Part shown: piece after piece, positions 26,335 through 36,439 of the stretch
Layout: each line of letters starts with the position of its first letter
Position numbering within the stretch: the first letter of the stretch is position 1
Virus record (IMG/VR): IMGVR_UViG_3300032246_001968
Span: 1-48,347 of that record
Reading direction: 5' to 3' (one strand)
Origin: a virus
Taxonomy: Duplodnaviria; Caudoviricetes
Length of the DNA: 48,347 nucleotides
The notes under the pieces: generated by a model
Seen by the model: only the letters and a program-made list of their open reading frames with translations
The model's database searches: none
Told to the model about the DNA's origin: nothing
Program-made: the position numbers and the translations under genes

Positions 26335-27174
26335 ATGAAAAACTTATTTTTGATTTTCGCAATGGTTCCCATGTTATCAATCGGACAAATCTCCAATTGG
26401 AGAACTAACCCACCACAACAACAATCAACACCACAACCACAAAGGTCTACCCCATCAACTCAACAATCAACACCACAAAGAAATGATGTGAGTAGTTGGA
26501 GAAACGACCCACCAAGAAATAACGATAGACAACCACAAACAAGACCAGGTTCTAACATAGTAATCAGAGACCCCTATTGGAACAATTATGGTTGGAATAG
26601 ATGGAATATGTGGGGAGCTCCAGGATTTGGTTGGAATTATTTCTCACCATCTTGGTATTTTAATGATTGGGGTTACAGACAACCTGCAAGAATTTATGTT
26701 TATGATAATGGTAAGAAGGACACTATTAAAGGAAAAAAACCTATCATAAGTTTTGGTATTCAAAAAACAACAGATAGACAAATTGGTGGATTCTTTACAA
26801 TTGGAAACAAAGGTTATTTCATTACTGAATATAATTCAAGTTTTGAAAGAGATAACTCAACTTTTTTTCAATACGGTAAAATAACTCAAGTTGATTTTCC
26901 AATGGTAAACGACTTAGTTCAGAAAAACAGTTTTTATATTGGAGCTGGTAAAAGAATTAAACGAACTGGTGTCCATCTTATGATTGGTACGATAAGCGAA
27001 GATGTAAAGTGGAGAGGTAAAGATGCGATTGGATATATTACATTTCCAAAATACAAAGATAGATTTACCACTGTAAAAATCGGAGCAATCCATGATTATA
27101 AAAACTTTACAATTAAATTTGATTACGACCCAATCATTAGTAACGGAACTTTTGGGTTAGGTGTAAATTTTTAA
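26335..27174 (+). CDS. Secreted protein: Q/P-rich and W/G/Y-rich segments plus a small C-terminal beta-barrel
   Basis: Signal peptide; ends FGLGVNF (terminal Phe beta-signal). Confidence 0.7.
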   Translation: MKNLFLIFAMVPMLSIGQISNWRTNPPQQQSTPQPQRSTPSTQQSTPQRNDVSSWRNDPPRNNDRQPQTRPGSNIVIRDPYWNNYGWNRWNMWGAPGFGWNYFSPSWYFNDWGYRQPARIYVYDNGKKDTIKGKKPIISFGIQKTTDRQIGGFFTIGNKGYFITEYNSSFERDNSTFFQYGKITQVDFPMVNDLVQKNSFYIGAGKRIKRTGVHLMIGTISEDVKWRGKDAIGYITFPKYKDRFTTVKIGAIHDYKNFTIKFDYDPIISNGTFGLGVNF

Positions 27175-27187
27175 AAAAAACAAAATT

Positions 27188-27598
27188 ATGGCATATTCAG
27201 ATAAGGTAATTGACCATTACTCAAACCCAAAAAATGTTGGGACATTAGATAAATCAAAATCAAACGTTGGTACAGGACTAGTCGGTGCACCAGAATGTGG
27301 AGATGTGATGAGACTACAAATAGAAGTAAACGACAATATTATAACCGACGCAAAATTTAAAACATTTGGGTGTGGAAGTGCTATTGCCGCATCTTCATTA
27401 GCAACGGAGTGGTTGAAAGGTATGACATTAGACGAAGCAATTAAAATGGATAATATGGAATTGGTAGAGGAATTAAATCTACCTCCAGTTAAAATACATT
27501 GTTCAGTGTTAGCAGAAGATGCGATTAAATCGGCAATAAATGATTACCGTAAAAAGAATGATTTAGAAGAATTAGTATTTGAAGAAAAATTTCACTAA
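27188..27598 (+). CDS. iscU: Fe-S cluster scaffold IscU
   Basis: MAYSDKVIDHY.NP.NVG, GAPECGDVMRLQI, FKTFGCGSAIA, LPPVKIHC. Confidence 0.97.
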   Translation: MAYSDKVIDHYSNPKNVGTLDKSKSNVGTGLVGAPECGDVMRLQIEVNDNIITDAKFKTFGCGSAIAASSLATEWLKGMTLDEAIKMDNMELVEELNLPPVKIHCSVLAEDAIKSAINDYRKKNDLEELVFEEKFH

Positions 27599-27930
27599 TG
27601 ATTACAGTTTCAGAAAAAGCATTACAACACGTTATAAATTTAATGATGGAGTCTAACATAACACCTGACTCTCATCATTTACGAGTAGGCGTTAAAGGTG
27701 GCGGATGTAGTGGACTTTCTTACGTTATGGATTTTGATGACAAAATTGAACCTACAGATGAAACCGTTGAAATTGATGGTGGACTTAAAGTTGTCATTGA
27801 CAGAAAATCTGTATTATACCTATACGGTACTGAGTTAGACTACTCAGATGGATTAAATGGAAAAGGATTTCAGTGGGGAAATCCTAACGCTTCAAGAACT
27901 TGCGGGTGTGGCGAGTCTTTTGCTCTTTAA
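27598..27930 (+). CDS. iscA: Fe-S cluster assembly A-type carrier IscA/HesB
   Basis: LRVGVKGGGCSGLSY, NPNA..TCGCGESF. Confidence 0.95.
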   Translation: MITVSEKALQHVINLMMESNITPDSHHLRVGVKGGGCSGLSYVMDFDDKIEPTDETVEIDGGLKVVIDRKSVLYLYGTELDYSDGLNGKGFQWGNPNASRTCGCGESFAL

Positions 27931-28114
27931 ATTCTTTCCAATCCAACCAAATTCCTATCATAACAATAATATTCATACCAAAGGATGCAATTATTTCATA
28001 GATATCTTTATAAACATTCATGGTTAAATGAATGTGACCAACAATCCAAAAAGGTATTGCCAAATTTGATGCAATCCATCTCAACAAAAATTTTATAAAA
28101 CTTATATCCACCAT
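27884..28114 (-). CDS. Small two-TM protein
   Basis: Two hydrophobic helices; overlaps the 3' end of iscA convergently. Confidence 0.5.
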   Translation of the reverse strand: MVDISFIKFLLRWIASNLAIPFWIVGHIHLTMNVYKDIYEIIASFGMNIIVMIGIWLDWKEFKEQKTRHTRKFLKR

Positions 28115-28220
28115 GAAAAAAATACAATGTATATTTTATAAATAACATATAGTAGGAACATTGTAAACCCTGACATAACCCCAAAGATTATGTAATCACG
28201 TATTTTAGAATGTTTTTTCA

Positions 28221-28547
28221 TTAATGTTTCCAGCTATAGACTATATTACCATCTGGTCCCCACACAATATAATCTATGATAATATTATTTAAATTAAAAT
28301 AAGGGAAATAACTTTTTATGTGATACTCGGCTAAATAATGAGGGTCAAATTCTCTATCGTACATGTTTTCTTTAGTGATTGTCGGGTCATTTAAAAAAAT
28401 ATCAACGTCTATACGACGATTACCTCTTTGTGTTATAAAGTCTTCATCATGACGAATTTCAAGATGGTCAACCATAGGATAGATATCCTTAATTGCACTT
28501 GAGTTAACCAATTTCTCTAAACCTTTTATTTGAAAATCTTTCACCAT
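28221..28547 (-). CDS. Hypothetical protein (YP motif group)
   Basis: IKDIYPMVD; coupled to the upstream gene. Confidence 0.75.
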   Translation of the reverse strand: MVKDFQIKGLEKLVNSSAIKDIYPMVDHLEIRHDEDFITQRGNRRIDVDIFLNDPTITKENMYDREFDPHYLAEYHIKSYFPYFNLNNIIIDYIVWGPDGNIVYSWKH

Positions 28548-28921
28548 TATTCTATAGTTTTAACAGGTAATTCAAAATGTTTGGTAAACCATTTTTTAAA
28601 TGGTTCGTGCCATTTATCGTCAAAATATCCATTAAGTTGAATATCATATGGATGCTCAAGTTGTACTATTGGACAAAGTTCTCTTGCTTTACTTCCTTCA
28701 TCAAAATATTCACAACCATACCACATAAAACATCTATCATCACCTCCGTTGTAGTCTCCAATATAAAATAAAATTCTACTTTCATCATCACCTTCTTCAC
28801 CTGTTTCATCATCTATTATGTCATAGGGATTTGTCCAATTGATATCACTAACGTCAAATGTTTCATCAAGATATGCAATGATTGCACTTTCTAATTTGGA
28901 TTCTGTGATTACGTATCTCAT
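28547..28921 (-). CDS. IITE-leader family protein
   Basis: MRYVITE; paralog of 35747-36127. Confidence 0.8.
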   Translation of the reverse strand: MRYVITESKLESAIIAYLDETFDVSDINWTNPYDIIDDETGEEGDDESRILFYIGDYNGGDDRCFMWYGCEYFDEGSKARELCPIVQLEHPYDIQLNGYFDDKWHEPFKKWFTKHFELPVKTIE

Positions 28922-29520
28922 TATTTATTTTGACTTTTAATCTTTTCCAATGCCTTATTAACTTTCATCCATTGTTTTTCTCTTTCGGCTCTTTCAAGGT
29001 CTTTCTTTTCTTCTCTTTTTCTCCAATTAGCAAAACTATCGGGATTCATTTTTTCTCTTGCCATACGAATTAAATCATCCTTATTTTGTAATCTTGTTTC
29101 GATATCTGCAGTTCTTTTCTTAAATCCTTGTAAATCAAAATCAGGTTCTAATTTATCTTGACGTGTTGCATGGTGAGGTTTTTTTGGTTTCTTAGGTATG
29201 TCTCTTTCTTCACCATGTAATTTTTTGAATGTGACACCGTATTTTGCAATACCACTTTTTGCTTTGAACTTATCCCTAACCCAACTTGAAACTTCCTCTT
29301 TTAAATCTTTATCGGAACTAAAAAATAAATTGTCTTTCAATTCATTGAAGGCATCTAAAGAAACAATAGCACTTGATGGACCCAATTGTGCCATAAGTTT
29401 ACCGTTAACATAAACGTTTCTATAATCTCCCTCAAACTTAATTTCATAACCATCAAACATTTCTTCTAACATTGATGTTACTAATTCGTTAGCTTGTTGT
29501 TCCGTTATTATAATTTTCAT
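28921..29520 (-). CDS. IITE-leader family protein
   Basis: MKIIITEQQ. Confidence 0.8.
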   Translation of the reverse strand: MKIIITEQQANELVTSMLEEMFDGYEIKFEGDYRNVYVNGKLMAQLGPSSAIVSLDAFNELKDNLFFSSDKDLKEEVSSWVRDKFKAKSGIAKYGVTFKKLHGEERDIPKKPKKPHHATRQDKLEPDFDLQGFKKRTADIETRLQNKDDLIRMAREKMNPDSFANWRKREEKKDLERAEREKQWMKVNKALEKIKSQNK

Positions 29521-29521
29521 A

Positions 29522-30115
29522 TTAAAATTTTAATTGTTCTTTACGGTTAACTGTGTCAAGAATATCCAAGTAAAAATCCTCAAGGTCTCTTTCTCCTGAT
29601 TCAAGTTTATTAATAATTTCTTTTTTTGTATATGCCGTATTGTTGAATATAAAATTAATCATTTCTTCGTCCGTAATTCCTTCAGGCTTGACAGGTTCAG
29701 TTCTACAAGGATGTTCTTTATCCCATACATCCACATCATCAATTGATAAACCTGATTGACCAGTAATTTCTTCGAATTTTGGAACCATAGTATCATCATA
29801 CCATTCTTCAATGACATGTATAACATAGGTACGTCTTATACTCAATAAATCTGAAAGACTTTTTACTAATTTTTTTGAAATTGACAAACTACCTTTTTGA
29901 AATTCACCGTTTTCAAAATAATAAGATGCACTAATAGTTTCTTTTCCATTAATACACCAATCCTCACGAAGATTTCCGTAGAAACGAGATTTCTTGGCAA
30001 TCTTTCTTTCACCCTTACCAATATATTCGTTCATATATTTGATAATGGCATTTGTAATATTTTGACTACTTTTATTAAGTCTACTGTATTGACCTTCTGT
30101 TATGATGATTTTCAT
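29522..30115 (-). CDS. IITE-leader family protein
   Basis: MKIIITEGQY; TATTTAT at 30121-30127. Confidence 0.8.
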   Translation of the reverse strand: MKIIITEGQYSRLNKSSQNITNAIIKYMNEYIGKGERKIAKKSRFYGNLREDWCINGKETISASYYFENGEFQKGSLSISKKLVKSLSDLLSIRRTYVIHVIEEWYDDTMVPKFEEITGQSGLSIDDVDVWDKEHPCRTEPVKPEGITDEEMINFIFNNTAYTKKEIINKLESGERDLEDFYLDILDTVNRKEQLKF

Positions 30116-30128
30116 TAATTATAAATAC

Positions 30129-30386
30129 TTATTCTTCCCAACTTATACCAATCCAATAATCTTTGTTATTTTTTAGTGTGGTGTATTTTTCAATTTCTTG
30201 TGCAAGTAGTACACTTGAAAAAGTGATTTGGGGTTGTTTTCCTTCGTATATTATTTCAAATGAGGGATAAAGTCCATCATAAGTAGAAACGGTCTCATTT
30301 TTAATTTCTTTCACTTTAAAACCAGTGTGTACGTGACTACGATTTAGATATTCTAAAATAATTTTTTCAACAGATAAAATGTCCAT
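30129..30386 (-). CDS. Hypothetical protein
   Basis: 85-aa ORF in a co-directional run. Confidence 0.7.
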   Translation of the reverse strand: MDILSVEKIILEYLNRSHVHTGFKVKEIKNETVSTYDGLYPSFEIIYEGKQPQITFSSVLLAQEIEKYTTLKNNKDYWIGISWEE

Positions 30387-30388
30387 AA

Positions 30389-31114
30389 TTAAGCAATATC
30401 ACTTCCAGATTTTTTACTCAAAGATGCATAGATTGGTTCGGATATTCTTTTCACTTTATTAGCAATTGAACTAACACTACCTTCATATTTGGTTGTTGCA
30501 TACCTCAAACCATTTTTGTTAACAAAATTCTTTAAAAGGTCGTCAGGTGTTTTATCCCCTGTTAAATAATCTCTAGCAATTAAATTATAGTATGTTTGAA
30601 TCCCACTTTCAACTGAACTATGCATTACATTTTTTCCATCATCAGTATTTCCAACGTTAAATGGATTTTTAGTTCTGATAGGTCTTGCCTTAGGGTTTGA
30701 AGAAAACCCTCCTTCTGTTGCCAATTGGGCTAATGCTAATTCTGCAGGAACATATTTTTTATATTTGTTATATGCATTTTTTGCGGCCGATGCCATCATA
30801 TCGCCATTAATACCTAATAAATTTGAACTTTGAGTTCCAATAAATTTATCACAAACTTCTTTATATGCTCTATACCCCGCACTTGTATTTAAATCCAACC
30901 CATTTTTTATAAATGGTGAAGATGAATCTGACGATGAAGGTTTATCTGATGAATTTGATGATGAAGGTTTATCTGATGAATCTGACGATGAATCTTTTTT
31001 AGAATTCAACGAACCAAAAATATCTTTTGCAGAAATTCCCGCAGCACCCCACACTTTATCCAAAATAGTAGATAAGTCTTGCTCAGTGAGAACTATAACC
31101 CTTTGTTTTTTCAT
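30389..31114 (-). CDS. Glucosaminidase/lysozyme-like peptidoglycan hydrolase with xLTE leader
   Basis: Start [11 protein letters not shown] at 31114; [21 protein letters not shown] motifs (GH73-like); Ser-rich tandem linker. Confidence 0.7.
   Translation of the reverse strand: MKKQRVIVLTEQDLSTILDKVWGAAGISAKDIFGSLNSKKDSSSDSSDKPSSSNSSDKPSSSDSSSPFIKNGLDLNTSAGYRAYKEVCDKFIGTQSSNLLGINGDMMASAAKNAYNKYKKYVPAELALAQLATEGGFSSNPKARPIRTKNPFNVGNTDDGKNVMHSSVESGIQTYYNLIARDYLTGDKTPDDLLKNFVNKNGLRYATTKYEGSVSSIANKVKRISEPIYASLSKKSGSDIA
30920..30993. repeat. 27-bp tandem repeat encoding an SSDSSDKPS-type linker
   Basis: GATGAAGGTTTATCTGATGAAT occurs twice with a 27-bp period. Confidence 0.8.
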
Positions 31115-31173
31115 AATAATAAATAGTAGGACATATAAATAAAAAATCCCTCTATTATGAGGGATTTTCAATA

Positions 31174-31671
31174 TTATTCTGAACCACCGATATCAAATCC
31201 GTGATTGTCAAAATCAGGTTCAACTGTTTCTTGAACATCAGGAATAATTGACATTGAGATGATTGTGTCTCCTGGTTTGATTGCGTCGATAATTCTTTCG
31301 CCTTCAATAACTCTTCCAAAACAAGTATGATTGCCATCTAAATGTTGTGTTCCTTGTCTGTTATGACAGATAAAGAATTGTGAACCACCTGTATTACGTC
31401 CGGCATGTGCCATAGATAATACTCCTCTGTCGTGGAATTGTTTTGGTGCACTTACTTCACAAGGAATTGTATATCCTGGTCCACCTGTACCATTTTTATT
31501 AGGACATCCTCCTTGGATTACGAAACCTGGAATTACTCTATGGAAATTCAGACCATCGTAGAATTTTTTTGCTATTAACTGTAAAAAGTTTTTAACGGTG
31601 ATTGGTGTCTCGTTATCGTAGAGTTCACAAATCATGTCACCGTAATGTGTTGTAATTTTAACTTTGCTCAT
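31174..31671 (-). CDS. ppiA: Cyclophilin-type peptidyl-prolyl isomerase
   Basis: [37 protein letters not shown]. Confidence 0.95.
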   Translation of the reverse strand: MSKVKITTHYGDMICELYDNETPITVKNFLQLIAKKFYDGLNFHRVIPGFVIQGGCPNKNGTGGPGYTIPCEVSAPKQFHDRGVLSMAHAGRNTGGSQFFICHNRQGTQHLDGNHTCFGRVIEGERIIDAIKPGDTIISMSIIPDVQETVEPDFDNHGFDIGGSE

Positions 31672-31721
31672 TATTTTATATTTTATAACAAATAATAAGA
31701 TAAAGTTTTTAGTATGTCAAA

Positions 31722-32432
31722 TTAATTGTCATCTCCATCTTCGGCATAGTAGGTATCACTATTACTCATCCATTCATAATCATCAGGAGTTAGTTTTTTA
31801 TCGTATGTTTTGTTAAACCAAGCAATTATTTTTCTAACGGATTCACGGTCTACCATAGAAAATAATTGATTTAACCTTTCAACTAAATAATCATCAATGT
31901 ATATCACTTCAAATTCATGGTCAGGTTCTATACTTGAATTTTGAATTCTGTATTTAATAACGTCTCCTCCGTTGTCTCCATCAGAAAGATTAAACTCACC
32001 ATCCCCTTCATCCCAATATTTAAAATTCTGACCATCAAGATAATTGAAAACTAAATTATTAATTCTATTATTCTTATCATCAGATTCAAACATCATTTCA
32101 TCATCCTCTTGGCAAGTTGTTCTGTATACCTCTAATAATCTTTCTCCGAATTTTTCCTTACACATATCAATTAATCTTTCTTCCCACTCGTCGTATCTCT
32201 CATCTTCAAAAATATCCTCATCAGTTGTCATAAAATCTCTTACCGCATCACTAATAATGTTATCAGCATATTCAAACTCATCATTAAAATCATCACAAAG
32301 CATTGGGTGATTTATCTCGGCTTTAGTAATATATTCTTCCATACTCGCAGCATTAAATCTTCTCTTGAACCAGTTTGGTATTTCTTGTTCAATTAAAAAT
32401 CTATGTTGTCTTTCTGTTATAATATATTTCAT
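31722..32432 (-). CDS. IITE-leader family protein with two domains
   Basis: MKYIITE at 32432; N-domain resembles 41442-41741, C-domain resembles the YLD...WF family. Confidence 0.8.
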   Translation of the reverse strand: MKYIITERQHRFLIEQEIPNWFKRRFNAASMEEYITKAEINHPMLCDDFNDEFEYADNIISDAVRDFMTTDEDIFEDERYDEWEERLIDMCKEKFGERLLEVYRTTCQEDDEMMFESDDKNNRINNLVFNYLDGQNFKYWDEGDGEFNLSDGDNGGDVIKYRIQNSSIEPDHEFEVIYIDDYLVERLNQLFSMVDRESVRKIIAWFNKTYDKKLTPDDYEWMSNSDTYYAEDGDDN

Positions 32433-32433
32433 A

Positions 32434-32769
32434 TTAAAAATCAAATTTACCAAAATCTATGGTTTCGATGTCCGCAATTTTCTTTATCCCCTTATCAACA
32501 AACGCCTTTCGGAAGGCATCCTTAGTTTGCTCATCACTAAGACCCAATAAATCTCGAACACTCCTGAATAATGAATGACCAACTAAAATATGATATCCTT
32601 CGTGTCTTACCCAATCGGATTCAATACCATTATCAGCGTCATGAGTTCCTTTTGGAAAAAAAGAAAACTCTTTATATTTTTTAAATTTGAAATCCATATC
32701 ACTCAATTTGTTTAAAACAAGTCGAGACGCTAAATTTTCTAATTGTTGTTCTTTTATTAAAATTTTCAT
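32434..32769 (-). CDS. IITE-leader family protein
   Basis: MKILIKEQQ. Confidence 0.75.
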   Translation of the reverse strand: MKILIKEQQLENLASRLVLNKLSDMDFKFKKYKEFSFFPKGTHDADNGIESDWVRHEGYHILVGHSLFRSVRDLLGLSDEQTKDAFRKAFVDKGIKKIADIETIDFGKFDF

Positions 32770-32770
32770 A

Positions 32771-33202
32771 TTAAAATCTTTCCCAAGTTGCTTTAAAGAA
32801 TTCCAAATCTAATGGCATACCATAATAGTCGTAGTCTAAATTAAAAAATGATTTAAGGTCACTAATTATTTCTTTTTTTAATGTTCCAACACTTCGGGTT
32901 TTATGATTAAAAAAAAACTGTAAAAGAACGGAATTTGTTGTGTAATTCTCATGTCCGTAGTGTCTTCCTCTAACCCCTTCCTCATTTGATATCTTGAGTT
33001 GCACAAGGTCGTCCCCAAGTTTACTCTCAAAAAATTCAACGATTCTTGGTAATAGTTTTTCGATTCGTTTTTTATTTTTTTGAATTTGAGCGATTCTTCC
33101 TTCTCTTGGTAGCGTGTGAAATTCTTTAACCCAATCAGGGGCATCATCACTAATCTGCATACCTTCTCTCAATATTTTACGGATAACTTCTTTCACTAAC
33201 AA
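32771..33202 (-). CDS. Hypothetical protein with IRKILRE leader
   Basis: Start codon uncertain (TTG). Confidence 0.7.
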   Translation of the reverse strand: MLVKEVIRKILREGMQISDDAPDWVKEFHTLPREGRIAQIQKNKKRIEKLLPRIVEFFESKLGDDLVQLKISNEEGVRGRHYGHENYTTNSVLLQFFFNHKTRSVGTLKKEIISDLKSFFNLDYDYYGMPLDLEFFKATWERF

Positions 33203-33208
33203 TAAATA

Positions 33209-33529
33209 CTATCTCATAGTATAATTGGCCGGTCTTCTAAACTCTTGGACTCCGACATTTGTGTTTAGATAACCACTAAAATATCTTCTTAAATGATTAC
33301 TCATTAACGATGTTATTTCTACCTGTTCTGTATAATTCCAACCACGAGCCATTTCCAAACCTTCTTGATTTAATTCAAACTCAACAATCACATAAAGCGT
33401 ATCAGACCATTCGCTGTAATTTACAGGAATAACTTTCATATACTCCATCCACCAAAATTTGATAAGAGGGACAAACTTTTCCATAGTATCTTCAAATGAA
33501 TTATGAGACCAATTTCTACTACTTGACAT
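33209..33529 (-). CDS. Hypothetical protein
   Basis: 106-aa ORF. Confidence 0.7.
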   Translation of the reverse strand: MSSSRNWSHNSFEDTMEKFVPLIKFWWMEYMKVIPVNYSEWSDTLYVIVEFELNQEGLEMARGWNYTEQVEITSLMSNHLRRYFSGYLNTNVGVQEFRRPANYTMR

Positions 33530-34223
33530 ATTCTAATATTGTTTCAGAATGTGATGGTGAAAATATAATAATAGGTTTATCTTTATTGTTGTTCTCATAC
33601 ATACAGGTTATTAAAGATATAAGGTCAACATATAGTTTTTCCCTAACCTTTTTCTCAATTTTAGGATTCATTAATTCACTGTGATGTGTTGGTGAAACCG
33701 TAATGTGAATTTCTAATGGACCGTAGTATATTGTACCTGAAACGTAATCTGTCACACCACCGTTAATTGCTCCACCTTTTGGTTTTATTCTAACTTCAGT
33801 AACATCCAATATCCATGGATACTTTTTCACTAAAAAATGTTTGAGTGGAAGGTGGTCCAAAACCAATGGGTCTTTTGGTGCAGTAAGGGTTGACGTAATA
33901 TCAGTTATAGTTGTACCGCACCACCTGTCATAGGGGTCAAATATTGATGACGTACCTGTTGGGGTGGTCCTTTTTTTTTCTTTTTTTACTTTATCAATTA
34001 CATCAGCAACCATCGGTGGCGCTGGTTCCTCAGTAGGTATTTGAGGTGGTGGAGGAGGTGGCGCGGGAAAATAAAAACCTCCACCATTAATTCTTCGCGT
34101 AATATCCGCAATTCTTTCACCATCGATATCAACGTACCCATGATTTCTGGCCATGTCAGGATACCCGTTAGGTAATAATGGTGGCCTACCTGTTAATCGG
34201 CTCAAAAAATTTAGTATATTCAT
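33519..34223 (-). CDS. Hypothetical protein with a poly-Pro tract
   Basis: Start MNILNF at 34223 after TATATTTG (34230-34237); PAPPPPPPQ; KKYPWILDV. Confidence 0.75.
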   Translation of the reverse strand: MNILNFLSRLTGRPPLLPNGYPDMARNHGYVDIDGERIADITRRINGGGFYFPAPPPPPPQIPTEEPAPPMVADVIDKVKKEKKRTTPTGTSSIFDPYDRWCGTTITDITSTLTAPKDPLVLDHLPLKHFLVKKYPWILDVTEVRIKPKGGAINGGVTDYVSGTIYYGPLEIHITVSPTHHSELMNPKIEKKVREKLYVDLISLITCMYENNNKDKPIIIFSPSHSETILEYVK

Positions 34224-34260
34224 ATTTTGCAAATATACTAAAATTCCTACAAATAAAAAA

Positions 34261-34560
34261 TTACTGAGATTTTTTCTCGATGTGTTTTTTGATTCTGAAT
34301 TCGATGGTATTTTCCTGTTCTTTTTTATCAAGTTGAATGAAATTTTCATCACTCATAATATACACCATATTTTTTTGACCATCGTATGTGTAGTTGACGT
34401 AGATAGATTCGTTATTACGATTTACAACACTATATTTTACAAGGTGTTCTTTGAAATTGAATGTCCCTCCTTTGATGTTAGGCTCGGGGTCTTTGGCATG
34501 ACGTTTGAGAGATGCTTTAAGTAATTTCTCATATTGGTTCTCTGTAACAACGTATTTCAT
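34261..34560 (-). CDS. IITE-leader family protein
   Basis: MKYVVTENQY. Confidence 0.75.
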   Translation of the reverse strand: MKYVVTENQYEKLLKASLKRHAKDPEPNIKGGTFNFKEHLVKYSVVNRNNESIYVNYTYDGQKNMVYIMSDENFIQLDKKEQENTIEFRIKKHIEKKSQ

Positions 34561-35420
34561 TAAGAATAAACATTTAAAATTTGGGTATTATAGCCCATGC
34601 TCTGTAATAAAGACTTTACACTTTTGATAAAGTCATTTCTACCATTCCAATTTTTAAATGATAACTTAAGGTCGCCACCCATATTGCTACTACTGTTTGT
34701 TTCAAACTTGATTGCGTGTAACATTCTTACTGCGTTGGGCAATTCTTTAATCTTTTTCTTAATTTCCTTATTCAAAGTTTTCTTAACCCATTCATCAATA
34801 CCAACATATTGTTTATTCATTTTAAAGCTGAGCTGTCCATGAATTGGGTTTCCGATTTCAATACCTAAAAAATCTTCGATTCTTTTTTTTAATTCTCTAA
34901 AGATATTTTCAAAATTTGGTCTAACATCTCCTTGATATTTTATCAATCCTTCCCAATCAACATCAAGTTTTACATATACATTATATGGTGTTTGTTCGAT
35001 GAATTCAACTTTTATAAAGTCAGGTAAATTTAATTCGGTTAAAAAATACTCTAACGGTTTTTTGTATTTCTCCGTAAACATTTCTTGAGAACGTAGTGTT
35101 GGTAATTTGTGTTTACCTTGTTGTACTAATTTTTTACCTATGTTTGCAGCATTAGTAAGGTTATTTCTATAACCAAAAATTACATTATCAGGATGCATTC
35201 CATTATCCAATGCAAATTCCGATATGTATTTTTTTACCAAATAAGACAATGGATATTCACCAATCTCATCTCCGTGATTTTTCTTAACCCAAGGTCTAAA
35301 ATAATTAAGAAATACCTCAACGTAATCTTCATCGTTGTATACTTCATCACTATACGACTCTACAATCCTATTAATAACCTTAATAAGTTCAGATTCAGTA
35401 AGAGATAAAACCTTTTTCAT
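34560..35420 (-). CDS. xLTE-leader protein
   Basis: MKKVLSLTESELIKVINRIVE; TATTTAT at 35426-35432. Confidence 0.8.
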   Translation of the reverse strand: MKKVLSLTESELIKVINRIVESYSDEVYNDEDYVEVFLNYFRPWVKKNHGDEIGEYPLSYLVKKYISEFALDNGMHPDNVIFGYRNNLTNAANIGKKLVQQGKHKLPTLRSQEMFTEKYKKPLEYFLTELNLPDFIKVEFIEQTPYNVYVKLDVDWEGLIKYQGDVRPNFENIFRELKKRIEDFLGIEIGNPIHGQLSFKMNKQYVGIDEWVKKTLNKEIKKKIKELPNAVRMLHAIKFETNSSSNMGGDLKLSFKNWNGRNDFIKSVKSLLQSMGYNTQILNVYS

Positions 35421-35434
35421 TAGTTATAAATAGA

Positions 35435-35731
35435 CTAAAGTTCATAAGATAACCAAGCAAATTCATCAAACAATTTTCTACTGTATCTTTCCTCCATCCA
35501 ATATTGAATTATGTGTCCCCACACGTCAGTATTCACGTCAATAGCTGATGCCATTTTCTGATAGTCTTTAAAGAGAATATGAGGGGTATTCCTTCGTATA
35601 TGAATTCTTCCCCTACCATTATCATCAAAATAACGATTGTTGTCTTTTTCGGTATGTAATGGTCCATAAATGTCATCCAAGAGAGTGGCACCCAAATGAT
35701 TTAACTTTTCCTGATTAATTTTGTACTTCAT
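35435..35731 (-). CDS. Leader-family protein
   Basis: MKYKINQE; TATTTAT at 35740-35746. Confidence 0.7.
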   Translation of the reverse strand: MKYKINQEKLNHLGATLLDDIYGPLHTEKDNNRYFDDNGRGRIHIRRNTPHILFKDYQKMASAIDVNTDVWGHIIQYWMEERYSRKLFDEFAWLSYEL

Positions 35732-35746
35732 TATTACAAATAAATA

Positions 35747-36127
35747 TTACCAATCTTGGCGGTCTACACTAACAACAGGTAATCCTGTATGTTTTGTAAA
35801 CCATCTTTTAAATAATTCTTTCCATCGAGGACCGAAGAAACCATCAAGGGCATCATACTTTGTACTATCAATAGTAATAAGAGGACATTTATCTTCACGT
35901 ATAGGTGATTCTGAATTATCGCATGATGAATACCACATATGAGCATTTTCTCCATATTCTTCATCATCTGAATCAAACATAAGAAACATCTCATAACTCC
36001 CATTCATTTCTTCCTGATAATATTCTTTATCTTTCCACCCCCCTCCTGGCACAAGATTACTATCAAGGTAATTTAAAATTAGTTCTGTCAGGCGATTATA
36101 AGTATCCTCCGTTATTATGTATTTCAT
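35747..36127 (-). CDS. IITE-leader family protein
   Basis: MKYIITE at 36127; shares MWY.C...CP...WFTKH..LPV with 28547-28921. Confidence 0.8.
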   Translation of the reverse strand: MKYIITEDTYNRLTELILNYLDSNLVPGGGWKDKEYYQEEMNGSYEMFLMFDSDDEEYGENAHMWYSSCDNSESPIREDKCPLITIDSTKYDALDGFFGPRWKELFKRWFTKHTGLPVVSVDRQDW

Positions 36128-36425
36128 ATTCCTCTTGAAAATCACTTTGTTTCATTACCGCTGTGTTATCCTTATCAAATACAACATTCAAATCAGTATA
36201 TGATTTGATTTTCTGTCTTAATTTAACTTTAACATCGTGGATAAAAGCAGCTCTATTTATATGGTCAAAACTGTCCCACATTTCATCAGGGACAATTAAC
36301 AACGTATGTAAAGTAAATTCATTCGGCGCAGTGTGACGAACATCAAATATGACTTTGTTTACTTCATCAGGTTTTATAATCGGAAATATCTTATCGAGAA
36401 TTATTTCAACTTGGTCTTGGTCCAT
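36096..36425 (-). CDS. Hypothetical protein
   Basis: TATTTAT at 36430-36436. Confidence 0.7.
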   Translation of the reverse strand: MDQDQVEIILDKIFPIIKPDEVNKVIFDVRHTAPNEFTLHTLLIVPDEMWDSFDHINRAAFIHDVKVKLRQKIKSYTDLNVVFDKDNTAVMKQSDFQEEYEIHNNGGYL

Positions 36426-36439
36426 GATAATAAATATAC

